From an uncultured Methanoregulaceae archaeon (GTDB lineage Archaea > Halobacteriota > Methanomicrobia > Methanomicrobiales > Methanospirillaceae), in the NCBI GenBank assembly GCA_963737635.1, contig CAVTTL010000001.1:512001-576000 (forward strand): 64,000 nt of DNA, written 5' to 3'. Position numbers and translations under genes: made by a program. Within the stretch, counting starts at the first letter, position 1, and every line of letters starts with the position of its first letter. Shown here in pieces: positions 19,851 to 32,516 of the stretch. The notes beneath the pieces were generated by a model. It did no database searches. It was given only the letters and a program-made list of their open reading frames with translations, and was not told where the DNA came from.

Positions 19851-21332
19851 TCATGGTGTCTGCCTCCCGACCAGGGTGCTGATAGCATCGCTCGTAATGA
19901 GCCCGATAACATGCTCTTCATCATCAATGACCGGCAGCGCCGAGATAGAATGAGCTTCCATCTTCCGGGCCGCCTCCTCAACAGGCTCCTTTTCGGTAGT
20001 TGTGACCACATCGCGGCTCATAATCTCATCGAGCCAGAGGAAGTTGGACGCAACCGCCTTTGCGATATCCCACGAAGTGACTATTCCCACGAGCTGGCCG
20101 GTGGCGGAAAGGACCGGGAGGTGGTTGACGCTGCAGTGGATCATCCGCCGGGCGGTGACCGCGATCGTAGTCCCCTCCTCGATGCACTCAACATCCTGGG
20201 TCATTACGTCGCCAACGACCGTATGGGAGAGGAACCTTGTGATCAGGTAATTGAGCTGACCGGATTCAAGAAGGAACGCGTCATGGCCGTAGTTGGAGCG
20301 GATTTCACAGTAATGCACCTCGCGCTCGTTTGCAGTGAGTGCCGTCACGATCTCCTGCGACTGGTAGGGAGGGTAGAGCCAGTCCGAAGTGACTGAGATA
20401 ATAAAGAACGCCGCTTTTGCAGCCGAAAGTCCGGTTGTGAGCGAACCATCCTTTGTCAGATCGAAGTAATCGATAGCTTTTGTGATATAGAGGTACGAGT
20501 TTGCATCAAATCGTTTGGTGAAAGTATCCCCTTGGTGGTGGAGGTAACTCTCCACGGCAAACTCAGTGGAGAAATCAAACCCGACATGGTCTTTTTCCTG
20601 AAGTGCCCTCCCGAACTTTGTGTGCATTGATTCATCGGATAGATACGTGATGTGGCCGACCATTCGTGCCAGCGCAAGGCCGTGCGTGGGAACCCGTTTC
20701 CCATAATAATCCCCGTTATTCCAGTCGGGGTCGGAAATGATGGCTTTCCTACCAACCTCGTTGAAAGCGATCTGCTGGGGTGTTGAGTAGCCGGTCGTGG
20801 CAATCACGATCGCCTTTTTGATCATCGACGGATACGAGATCGTCCATTGGAGCGTCTGCATCCCTCCCATCGACCCCCCGGCGACTGCGTAAAGTTCGGA
20901 AACGCTGAGATAGTCGAGAAGAAGTTTCTGAGCGTTGACCATGTCCCGGATGGTAATGACCGGAAAAGTCGTACCAAAAGGTTTGCCGGTCTCAGGGTTG
21001 AGTGACGAAGGGCCGGTTGATCCCTTGCACCCCCCCAAGACATTGCTGCAGATCACAAAATAGCGATCCGTGTCGAATGCCTTACCGGGCCCGACAACGG
21101 CGTCCCACCAGCCGGGCTTGTCTTCTCCGTCATGAAACCCGGCTATGTGGGCATCGCCAGACAGAGCATGGCAGATGAGGATTGCGTTGCTCTTTTCCTT
21201 GTTGAGCCTGCCGTAGGTCTCGTAGGCGATTGTCACGTGGGAGAGCACCTCGCCGCTTTCAAGGGTGAGTGGCCCTGCGAGGTCGGCGTGTTCTGTCCTG
21301 ACAATGCCTAGAGAGCCACGGAGCATATTCAT
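19851..21332 (-). CDS. metX: Homoserine O-acetyltransferase with a C-terminal CBS pair
   Basis: AYETYG, CHALSGD, GGSMGG and GHDAFL motifs, followed by two CBS domains. Confidence 0.93.
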   Translation of the reverse strand: MNMLRGSLGIVRTEHADLAGPLTLESGEVLSHVTIAYETYGRLNKEKSNAILICHALSGDAHIAGFHDGEDKPGWWDAVVGPGKAFDTDRYFVICSNVLGGCKGSTGPSSLNPETGKPFGTTFPVITIRDMVNAQKLLLDYLSVSELYAVAGGSMGGMQTLQWTISYPSMIKKAIVIATTGYSTPQQIAFNEVGRKAIISDPDWNNGDYYGKRVPTHGLALARMVGHITYLSDESMHTKFGRALQEKDHVGFDFSTEFAVESYLHHQGDTFTKRFDANSYLYITKAIDYFDLTKDGSLTTGLSAAKAAFFIISVTSDWLYPPYQSQEIVTALTANEREVHYCEIRSNYGHDAFLLESGQLNYLITRFLSHTVVGDVMTQDVECIEEGTTIAVTARRMIHCSVNHLPVLSATGQLVGIVTSWDIAKAVASNFLWLDEIMSRDVVTTTEKEPVEEAARKMEAHSISALPVIDDEEHVIGLITSDAISTLVGRQTP

Positions 21333-21335
21333 ACT

Positions 21336-24160
<2,825 letters not shown>

Positions 24161-24174
24161 GGTAACAACCACAA

Positions 24175-24245
24175 AGCCAGAACCCGGAATCGAACCGGGA
24201 TACGCTGATCTGCAGTCAGCCGCGTAGCCTTTCCGCCATTCTGGC
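24175..24245 (-). tRNA. tRNA-Cys(GCA), canonical archaeal type (G1-C72, G37, U73)
   Basis: GCCAGAA-TG-GCGGAAAGGCTACGC-G-GCTGA-CTGCAGA-TCAGC-GTAT-CCCGG-TTCGATT-CCGGG-TTCTGGC-T folds into a full cloverleaf. Confidence 0.95.
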
Positions 24246-24254
24246 ACTAGTCGT

Positions 24255-24266
24255 TCACAATTGTGA
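24255..24266. promoter_or_regulatory. Palindromic operator-like box TCACAATTGTGA upstream of tRNA-Cys/pscS
   Basis: Perfect 12-bp palindrome between a TATA-like element (~24272-24278) and the tRNA 5' end; recurs four more times in the locus. Confidence 0.7.
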
Positions 24267-24345
24267 CTTGATATATTAGTATAGGTAAGGGGATTATTAA
24301 AGGATCATTTTTAGGCAAGATTTACCTTCATGACGAAGAGGTAGA

Positions 24346-24417
24346 AGCCAAGACCTGAATTCGAACTGGGCTGTAGCTGATCTGCAGTCAGCCGCGTAGC
24401 CACTCCGCCATCTTGGT
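24346..24417 (-). tRNA. Degenerate tRNA-Cys(GCA) (probable pseudo-tRNA)
   Basis: Anticodon arm identical to the first copy, but A1.C72 mismatch and T-stem CCCAG/TCAGG with two mismatches and U61. Confidence 0.8.
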
Positions 24418-24425
24418 AGGGACGT

Positions 24426-24437
24426 TCACTATAGTGA
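24426..24437. promoter_or_regulatory. Palindromic box TCACTATAGTGA upstream of the second tRNA-Cys
   Basis: Perfect palindrome with symmetric changes relative to TCACAATTGTGA, at nearly the same offset from the tRNA. Confidence 0.65.
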
Positions 24438-24964
24438 CATCGCATATTCCCGTATACCGGATTGTTATTAATAGCCTGATTTGAGGGCATTTTTTGCCGC
24501 AAAAATTGCATGACTGCAAAAGTCATAGAGAACCATTCACGGCAGATTTTGCTTAATTGTAGGGGTTCATGTATCCGGCTCTACCTAGCTGTACTGCGTC
24601 GTTACGGTCAATCTCCCGAAAATATACCCGCAGAACCGGTTATTCCAGCGACTCCTTATAGACAGGGACACGGTCTAATGCAAACAATGTTATTGTCACG
24701 ACCCCAGCCGGTGTTTGCATCAGGGAAACAGGTGAGGAGCGCCATAATAACCGGTAAAAAGAGCTCATAATTCAGCAAAATGCGCTGGAATAATGATTAT
24801 AAATAATCCTATGATTGTTGCGCATAGAGGAATTCAAATCCTGTATCGGGAAAAATAAGGTTATTCCTGCCTCAAATCACGAATATAACCTTATTTTATA
24901 AGATTTAACGTCTATAGGACACATGTATTTCATACACCGTATATATGCGTAGAAACGAAAGACT

Positions 24965-24976
24965 TAACAATTGTGA
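24965..24976. promoter_or_regulatory. Operator-like box TAACAATTGTGA upstream of the wHTH regulator
   Basis: One mismatch to TCACAATTGTGA, about 28 nt before the ATG at 25004. Confidence 0.6.
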
Positions 24977-25003
24977 ATTCCCACCTATGTGTGGTGATCC
25001 ACT

Positions 25004-25295
25004 ATGAGGGATCGTTTTTGTCGATCATAACCTAGGCGCGAATGGGGGATCATTCGCACGGATTGGGCACCTGCCACCATCGGCAAAGCTCGTGTATAAA
25101 GTGCTGGAAACGAACGGTAAGCTAACGCAGAAGGATCTCATCCGTGAGACTGCACTTCCGTCACGTACTGTTCGGTACGCATTGAACAGGCTCAAGAACG
25201 AAAAGTTCTTGATCGAACATTATTACTTCATTGATGCGCGGCAAAGCCTGTACGGCCTGAACACCAAACCGCAGGAAGAGGTGGTTGCTGTATGA
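25004..25295 (+). CDS. Small winged-helix (MarR-like) transcription regulator (extra T in a homopolymer near 25015-25019)
   Basis: LPPSAKLVYKVLE...LTQKDLIRETALPSRTVRYALNRL...DARQSLY. GGTGA RBS precedes ATG 25004, which is in frame if one T is removed. Confidence 0.8.
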
Positions 25296-25335
25296 TGCGT
25301 CCTATGTGTACAACTGGCACGTTCCTCATTTTTCC

Positions 25336-25378
25336 GGGACAGTGGTAATCCACCACCGTCCCCACTATAATTTTTTTT
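25336..25378 (+). terminator. Hairpin GGGACAGTGG/CCACCGTCCC followed by a T-tract
   Basis: Stem-loop and T8 run downstream of the wHTH gene. Confidence 0.45.
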
Positions 25379-25782
25379 GGTGATTGCTTAATTAAAGCCA
25401 CCAGGAATCAGTACTATTATGGAAAAAATTCAAAAAATCTCATTTATTTTCCGATATGGAGACGTTCATGGGGGCTTCTCCCCCGCCACTGGGGCTTCCC
25501 CTATGTTGCGATGATGCCGTATTACCTAATCTCATGAAATAATTTGAATTTTCTTGATCTGACTCATATTTCATGTGGAATATCAATCACATGAAAAATT
25601 TTAGTGGCACCAAATGATGAATCACCTTTTTTTATTTTCTCCGCTCCCGTGATGTTACGTTTCCTCGATGTATTTGGGCTCTTTTGAGGATTGGTTCCGG
25701 ATTTAAGAGGAATTTAAAAAAGGTAATAAGGCTTTGGAAAAGTCATCTCGTTAATCCGGCAGACTTATTTTCGAGAGACCCA

Positions 25783-27043
25783 TTAGAGCGGCTTATCAGT
25801 GATAGGTATTCCGGCGGCAACCATACGCTCGCGGATCAGGTCCGCAATGTCAAACTGTTTTTTTGCCCGCAGTTCTGCACGTATATCCTGCAGGACACTG
25901 AGCGGCGCACTTGTCTCACGCAGGAAATTGATGCCGAGAATCTCCCCGTTCTCCCGCAATGCCTCAAGATCGCCGCTTGCTGCAAGTGCCTGGATTGCTG
26001 CCATTGCCATGGGCGTGTTGAGATCAGATTCCATAGCATCGACAAACGCTTTCCGTCCCTTCGTATCTGGCCCCTTATCTTTGGTTGCAATAGCCCGGAT
26101 ATGGTCGAGCCCCCGGGCGGCGTTAGCAAACCCCTCATTAGTTGCCTGGAGCGGCGACCGGTAATGGGAGAGAAGGATGAAGTACCGGAGTATATCTTTA
26201 TTCCATGTTTTGAGAGTATCCCGGATCGTGACAAAGTTCCCCAGAGACTTGGACATCTTTTCGCCTTTTAGCGTAAGAAATCCCGTGTGCAACCAGTATC
26301 TCACCATCGGATGCCTTCCTTCCAAGGACTCCATCTGGGCGATTTCCGCCTCGTGGTGAGGGAAAATCAGAATCTAATCCCCCGCCGTGGATATCGTACT
26401 GCTGGCCGAAGTATTTCTCGGAGATCGCTGTGTCCTCGATATGCCAGCCGGGCCGTCCCCTGCCCCAGGGGGATTCCCAGGTGTACTCCCCGAATTCACC
26501 GAGTTTCCAGAGCACAAAATCCAGAGGGTTGTGCTTAGTTGCGTCGGTTATGCGGCTGACACGCTTTACCCGTTCCTGCCCTGAAAGTTCCCCGTTATGC
26601 CCGAATGTGTCGAGATTGAAATAAACGCCGGTGTCCGTGATATACGCCACATCTCTTTCGACGAGCCGCTGTACCTGGTTGATGATCTCGGGGATATGAG
26701 TGGTAGCCCGGGCATAGTAACTGACAGCGTTGATCCCAAGGGCGTGCATATCCCGGAGGTATTCAGTCTCAAACTTCCTTGCAAGGACACTCTGGGGCAT
26801 GCCCTCCTCTTTTGCACGGTTGATAATCTTGTCGTCAACATCCGTGATATTCTGGAGATAGAATACTTCTTTGCCGGTCGACCGGAGGTACTTTGCAAGG
26901 ACGTCAAAGACAACATATGTCCTAGCATGACCCAGATGCGCGTAATCATAAACGGTCGGACCGCAGACAAAAAGCGCGACCCTGTCCGGGTTGAGAGTCA
27001 CAAGCGGTTCAACGGTTCTTGACAACGTATTATACAGTTCCAT
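25783..27043 (-). CDS. cysS: Class I cysteinyl-tRNA synthetase, compact, WHIED variant (one-base insertion near 26372)
   Basis: VCGPTVYDYAHLGHAR, NITDVDDKII, DFVLWK, GRPGWHIEDTA, DIHGGG-[LDL]-IFPHHEAE across the frameshift, KMSKSLGN and ADLIR anticodon helix. Confidence 0.92.
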
Positions 27044-27064
27044 AGCAGTGATCCTCTTTTTTGA

Positions 27065-27137
27065 CGCCGGCGGAGGGAGTCGAACCCCCAGACATTCGCT
27101 TTGCAGGCGAAGGCATTTACCGCTCTGCCACACCGGC
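27065..27137 (-). tRNA. Divergent tRNA-Cys(GCA) with A37 and an apparent G73
   Basis: GCCGGTG-TG-GCAGAGCGGTAAATGC-C-TTCGC-CTGCAAA-GCGAA-TGTCT-GGGGG-TTCGACT-CCCTC-CGCCGGC-G; intact cloverleaf 21 nt upstream of cysS. Confidence 0.92.
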
Positions 27138-27184
27138 TTTTTTCCAAGGACTTGTGTTTCGGATTATTGAACATTTGTGTGAGT

Positions 27185-27196
27185 TCACAATTGTCA
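27185..27196. promoter_or_regulatory. Operator-like box TCACAATTGTCA upstream of tRNA-Cys/cysS
   Basis: One mismatch to TCACAATTGTGA, with the same GT 5' flank as the copies at 24255 and 24426. Confidence 0.65.
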
Positions 27197-27878
27197 ATAT
27201 TCGCGTAATGTCAAATATCAGAGATGACAATACCGATCTTTTGCTGCTCATTGGTGTCATCTTATCTTTTCTGACAGGAGATGTGCATGAAATGTGCGGC
27301 TCTGTCATGAAAAAGAATATTATCCCCGGGAAGGCTAACGAATCTCCCGGGCACCATGAAGGGAGGCGATGTAGTTGTGCTGGTGCATGAGGCTTTTTAA
27401 ATTCCGGTAGAGATATCGGCCATCACGGGCGAGATGCCGCCTATGACCCTTCCGGGTTGGGTGCGAGGACGTGAAATCAGGATATGGTGCTCGCCGACAC
27501 ATACCAGGGATCACAGGTCATCCACAGATTATAGTGAGTGCATCCAATCGTGAGACTTTATCGATCAACCTCCGAAGCGTACAATACTGCCCGGAGCTCC
27601 GGATACCGCTGAATCGTTCCACCGGCTTTACCGGTAGTATGTCAGCAAAGGCCCGGGTAGCGGGACCGGGTATATCCCGGCCTGCTGATGGTCCATCGAT
27701 ATTCGCGTGGTGTGCGTTCGTGGCTATTTTTCCCGTTCACCTTTGTGAACAACCAATATGGTCCGTGAAAAGTATTATACCCTGATTTTGCGTCATATTT
27801 TGCCGCCAAATTTATATTTTCCTGAAGAACAGTAGTTTTTTGCTGGAAACCAAGGTATAATATCTGGCTCTATACAAT

Positions 27879-27890
27879 TAACAATTGTGA
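27879..27890. promoter_or_regulatory. Operator-like box TAACAATTGTGA upstream of cysK
   Basis: TTAACAATTGTGAA is identical to the 24964 copy and lies about 16 nt downstream of TATAATAT (27856-27863). Confidence 0.7.
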
Positions 27891-27946
27891 ACTTCCGGAA
27901 CCTCGCCGGTTTGTGCGGGATGTTCCAGAGTCATAGAGGGAACAGT

Positions 27947-28879
27947 ATGACAAAAATTTATGAGAATATTACAGCAACAATAGGCAACACCCCGCTCGTA
28001 CGGCTGAACCGCCTTACCAGCGGTGCCGGCGCAACGGTGGTTGCCAAGCTTGAATCGTTCAACCCACTGAGCAGCGTCAAGGACCGGATCGGAGTTGCAA
28101 TGCTCGATGATGCTGAAAAGCGCGGGTTGATCAAAAAGGATACGATCATTCTCGAACCAACAAGCGGCAATACCGGGATTGCGCTTGCGTTCGTGAGTGC
28201 GGCCCGGGGATATAAACTCACGCTGGTGATGCCGGAGACCATGAGTGTCGAGCGGCGGAGACTGGCAAAAGCATTCGGTGCGGAGCTGGTGCTTACACCG
28301 GGTGCTGAAGGGATGAAAGGGGCTGTATCCAAGGCCGAGAAGATGGCAGCAGAGAACCCGAAGTACTTTTACATTCCCCAGCAGTTCAACAACCTGGCCA
28401 ACCCGGCAATCCACCGGAAGACTACTGCTGAAGAGATCTGGCGCGACACAGACGGAAAGGTCGATATTGTCATCGCCGGCGTGGGGACGGGAGGAACGAT
28501 CACTGGTATCGCAGACGTGATCAAGAAGAGAAAACCTTCGTTCCGTGCGATTGCCGTTGAACCCGATGCTTCCCCGGTACTCTCCGGAGGGTCTCCCGGT
28601 CCTCACCGCATCCAGGGAATCGGCGCAGGTTTTGTCCCGGAGGTACTCAAGCGCGAGCTAGTGGACGAGATTATTCGTGTCAAAAATGAGGATGCCTTTG
28701 AAATTACGCGGAGACTGGCAAAAGAGGAAGGTATCCTTGCCGGGATCTCCAGCGGCGCAGCGACCTATGCAGCACTTGCGGTCGCAGCGCGTCCGGAAAA
28801 CAAGGGCAAGCTCATTGTCGTTATCCTGCCCGACACCGGGGAACGCTACTTAAGTATCCCCGACCTGTTTGTGGAATAA
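27947..28879 (+). CDS. cysK: Cysteine synthase A (O-acetylserine sulfhydrylase)
   Basis: [34 protein letters not shown] and PDTGERYLS motifs. Confidence 0.97.
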   Translation: MTKIYENITATIGNTPLVRLNRLTSGAGATVVAKLESFNPLSSVKDRIGVAMLDDAEKRGLIKKDTIILEPTSGNTGIALAFVSAARGYKLTLVMPETMSVERRRLAKAFGAELVLTPGAEGMKGAVSKAEKMAAENPKYFYIPQQFNNLANPAIHRKTTAEEIWRDTDGKVDIVIAGVGTGGTITGIADVIKKRKPSFRAIAVEPDASPVLSGGSPGPHRIQGIGAGFVPEVLKRELVDEIIRVKNEDAFEITRRLAKEEGILAGISSGAATYAALAVAARPENKGKLIVVILPDTGERYLSIPDLFVE

Positions 28880-28890
28880 GTGAGACGGTC

Positions 28891-29857
28891 ATGATTTTTG
28901 ATCGTCTCCGGGAGGATATCCGAGCTGATTTTCTCCAAGGATCCTGCTGCCCGCTCCACTCTTGAGGTCCTCTTCTGTTACCCGGGGCTTCACGCCCTCT
29001 GGTTCCACCGCAGGGCCCACTGGCTCTGGATCCACGACCTGAAATTCTGGGCCCGGTTCGTTTCCCATATAGGCAGGTTCCTCACCGGGATTGAGATCCA
29101 TCCCGGTGCCATAATCGGGCGGCGGGTGGTCATCGACCATGGTATGGGGGTCGTTATCGGCGAGACAGCCGAGATTGGGGATGATGTCCTCATCTACATG
29201 GGTGTGGTGCTCGGCGGCACGGCGCTCGAGAATGTCAAGCGCCACCCGACTGTCGAGGACGGTGTGATCCTTGGATCCGGCGCTATCGTCCTTGGTCCCA
29301 TCCGTATCGGTAAGGGCGCAAAGGTCGGTGCCGGGTCAGTTGTAGTCCGGTCCGTCCCGCCCGGTGCGACGGTTGTCGGTGTTCCGGGCAGGATCGCCGG
29401 CCCGGAGCCTGGTTCCCCAGATGAGACGATCGAAGAGGTGATGCCCGACCCGATGCTCCGGGTGGTGAGCCGGCTGCTGGACCGGCAGAACCAGCTCGAG
29501 GAACGGCTCCGCACTTTCGAGCAGGCGCAGCCAGGCCCAATCTCCCCCGCAACCCGGCAGGAGATCGTCTGCGAGAACGAGATCCGAGAAGCGTTAAAGG
29601 AAGTGATTGATCCCGAGGTAGGTATTGATATCGTTGACCTCGGGCTCATCAAGGAGATACGGGTGAAAGGCACCAGCGTAGAGATCGACATGGTCCTTAC
29701 CTGCAAAGCCTGCCCCCTCTCCGATCACCTCTCCGGGCAGGTGCAGCGCAAGGCGTTCGGAGTCTGCGGCATTGAGCACGTTACCGTGAACGTGCTTGAC
29801 GAGCCGTGGAACTGGGACCGGTTTGTGAAGCAACGGGGAAACTTCAGACAGATCTGA
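28891..29857 (+). CDS. cysE: Serine O-acetyltransferase fused to a C-terminal DUF59 (SufT/MIP18-like) domain (indel near 28927)
   Basis: [10 protein letters not shown] then [24 protein letters not shown]; C-terminal [19 protein letters not shown]...LTCKACP...PW. Confidence 0.9.
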
Positions 29858-30193
29858 GCCCTTGCCTAAGGTATGCCAGGATTTCTTTTTGATCCGCGGC
29901 AAAAACGCAGAGACCGAAGCAAGATAAATTACTTTATTTTTGATACATGGCAAATCCCACCATGAAGCATACCGGCACGTACTTACGCAACGCATCACGT
30001 TCGGATCCATTCCCTTCTGAATCCGTAATCCCCTAAGTAACCCGGCAAGTGGTTGCCCGGAAAAACACGAAAAATCCGGCCTATCGCCCCTCGAGAGTTG
30101 GCTTTTCTTTAAAGAGTATACTTTAAATGACAATAAGTAAAATCTATATTACATATTTCCTCTCGCGTTCTCTAAAAAATTTTTGAGGTTTCC

Positions 30194-30590
30194 ATGAAGA
30201 GACGACACGTAATTTTTAGTTTAATCCTGTTGTTGCTTGTAATATCGACAGCAGCCTATGCAAGACTCAGCTTCAAGCAGTTCTACCACTGCTTCGAGCA
30301 GTTCTGGCAGTTCAACGAGCAGCACGAGCAGTTCAACGATCAACCAGGCAGCATTGGTCACGGTCACAAACGTGACCATGGACCCGCAATCGTTCTTCCC
30401 CGGGGATCAGGGCACCGTTACCGTCACCCTCACAAACGACGGAACATCTGCCATGGGGCTTTCCCACCCGGACCTCATGAGTACTCACCTCAGTGTTCAG
30501 GATAACGACTGGGAGGACATGAGTTTTGTCGGTGCCGGATCGACTATCACGTACACGCTCATGTTCACGGTAAAACCACCGGACGAGTGA
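30194..30590 (+). pseudogene. Truncated COG1361-like S-layer/exported protein (5' part only)
   Basis: Signal peptide, Ser/Thr-rich linker and VTVTNVTMDPQSFFPGDQGTVTVTLTN, then an abrupt stop; also an indel near 30257. Confidence 0.65.
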
Positions 30591-30684
30591 AACGACGGGT
30601 CTTGTTGTGACCCATGAACCGGAGATCACAGAATTTGCCCACTTTACACTCATAAGGGGGGACGGGAGGATTGCAGGATCATGA
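30591..30684 (+). pseudogene. 3' remnant of an ABC-transporter ATP-binding subunit
   Basis: Translates as TTGLVVTHEPEITEFAHFTLIRGDGRIAGS*, matching the H-loop and DGxI tail of LolD/MacB-type ATPases; its TGA overlaps the permease ATG. Confidence 0.7.
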
Positions 30685-31906
30685 TCAAAGGGGACATTTT
30701 CTTTAGCCTTGCGGTCAGGAGCGTCAGGCTGAATTTCCTTCGATCGATGCTCGCTGCAATTGGCATCGTGATCGGCGTCGTTGCCATATCGTCCATGGGA
30801 ATGCTCGGCACCAACATGCAGCTGGAGGTAAAAGACCAGCTTCTTCCAGCGCAAACACCATCGTCGTCTCCTCGGATACGGTCAGGATGGGTCCGGTCGG
30901 ATTCAACCCGTCTTCATCCGCGGCTTCCGGGGTGACAAAAAGTGAGCTCACAAAGATCAACATTGTTGTAGGATCTAATGGCACAGTAATCCCGATTTAT
31001 TCCACAAACACCGAGTTTACCATCAATTCAATCCCGGGCAGGGGTTCAGTCTACGGCCTCAACCCCATAGATATCCCCAAGTTCCTGTCCCTGAACCAAT
31101 CGTATGGTAACGGGACGACAGATCTCGGATTAAGTCAGGTTCTGGTCGGGGCAGATATTGCAGAAAATTTTAACCTCAAAGTCGGGAGTCGCATCAGGAT
31201 CGGATCGTTCTCATCGGCATCGCGGCCCGAGCTTCGCATAGCCGGGGTCCTTCAACCCCGGGGGACTGTTGCTGACGGCGTCTCTACGGACAACGGGATC
31301 GTTGTGAACGACAATTGGTTTACTAACCAGTACGGCGGAGAAGACGAGTGGAATCAGGTCAACGTTATTGTCAACGATATTGATAATATCAGTGACATAG
31401 AATCGGCGATCAGTTCAAAAATCAACATCAATGCAAAATCCCCGGTTATCCGGATCCGGGATGCTACCTCGCAGCTAGCGACAGAGACCTCCGCATTGAG
31501 TACGGTGACGACATTTATCATGGCTATCGGTGGGATCTCGCTCCTTGTTGCCGCCGTGAGTATCTTCAATGTGATGATGATGTCCGTAAGTGAGCGGATA
31601 CAGGAAATCGGTATCCTGCTCTCCATCGGAACCGAGAAAAACGAGGTGCGCCGGATGTTCCTGTACGAGGCATTTATCCTGGGGCTCTTGGGTGCAGGTG
31701 TCGGTGGAATCTGCAGCTTGGCTATTGGTTACACCGTAGTGGAAGCTATGATTGGAACAACGGCGTATTTCTTCCAGCCGGCAAGTATCATGTACGTCCC
31801 GGCAGCCATGCTTATTGGTGTGGTGGTCTGCGTCATCTCCGGGATGTACCCCGCCTGGAGGGCATCCAATATGGATCCCATTGATGCGATCAGGAGCGAA
31901 GAGTGA
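30681..31906 (+). CDS. MacB/FtsX-type ABC transporter permease (frameshift near 30841)
   Basis: RSMLAAIGIVIGV N-terminus; IGGISLLVA..SIFNVMMMSV.ER..EIG and YPAWRAS..DPIDAIR. Confidence 0.88.
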
Positions 31907-32008
31907 GCGTCCCCCCAGATCCTGTAATAAGAGGCGATTGAGTCATAATCCCCGGTTTTTAAAAATTTCAACCCACTGATTTTTCCGACGTCCCGAAGAA
32001 ACAGTCTC

Positions 32009-32350
32009 TCAGATCCCGACAAGCAGCCGGTTCATTACAAGTACTGCAGCAAGCCAGACACCGTATGCCCCACCGAAACTGGGGATAAGAGGATAACGGG
32101 AAAGGAGGATATAGAGTGCGAGGAGGAAGAGAAGAGTTGGAATGGCAAACCAGAATGATCCCATAATCAGTTGCCTTGTTGTTACTTGACCGGCCTCTGA
32201 ATAGGTAAAGAGGAAAGCAAGCGTTGTCGTGATAGGGGCTGCCGCAAGAATGGCCCCGTACTTCGGATCGGCATGCTCTGCAAGAAATGTTACTCCTACA
32301 ATGACTCCGCCGCCAATGAGGAATTTCAAGGCAAGGTAAGAATAATCCAT
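32009..32350 (-). CDS. DUF3147-like small membrane protein
   Basis: Four hydrophobic segments; KFLIGG...GAILAAAP pattern. Confidence 0.65.
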   Translation of the reverse strand: MDYSYLALKFLIGGGVIVGVTFLAEHADPKYGAILAAAPITTTLAFLFTYSEAGQVTTRQLIMGSFWFAIPTLLFLLALYILLSRYPLIPSFGGAYGVWLAAVLVMNRLLVGI

Positions 32351-32516
32351 AGCTCATACCAACATTGCCGTGGGAAGGTAATATATATCCGGTGTGATGG
32401 CCGCATCTCCAATACTATGCCTGAAGATGGACATGTATAAACCACAATAACGTGAAACCTGAGGGATAAGAACAAAACCGCGGACACTTACCAATCCCGC
32501 CCCATCGGTGACCCGC

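Noticed and set aside
24161-24247. N-terminal extensions of pscS (to 24247) and of cysS (to 27133) in the ORF track
   Set aside because: These are translations of the tRNA genes; the real starts are 24160 and 27043.
25465-25515. GC-rich REP/MITE-like hairpin (GGGGGCTTCTCCCCC...GGGGCTTCCCC)
   Set aside because: Single copy in the window, so repeat status cannot be supported.
26360-26385. Programmed frameshift regulating cysS
   Set aside because: A single extra T (GATTCTG versus GATCTG) with no slippery heptamer; matches the window-wide indel pattern.
27065-27137. tRNA-Sec, tRNA-Pyl or suppressor tRNA
   Set aside because: The anticodon is GCA, the acceptor stem is 7 bp and the variable loop is short; no UCA or CUA anticodon.
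27200-27800. Structured ncRNA or riboswitch between the third tRNA-Cys and cysK (hairpin near 27642-27688)
   Set aside because: No recognisable family motif; equally consistent with a decayed gene. An Rfam/Infernal search would be needed.
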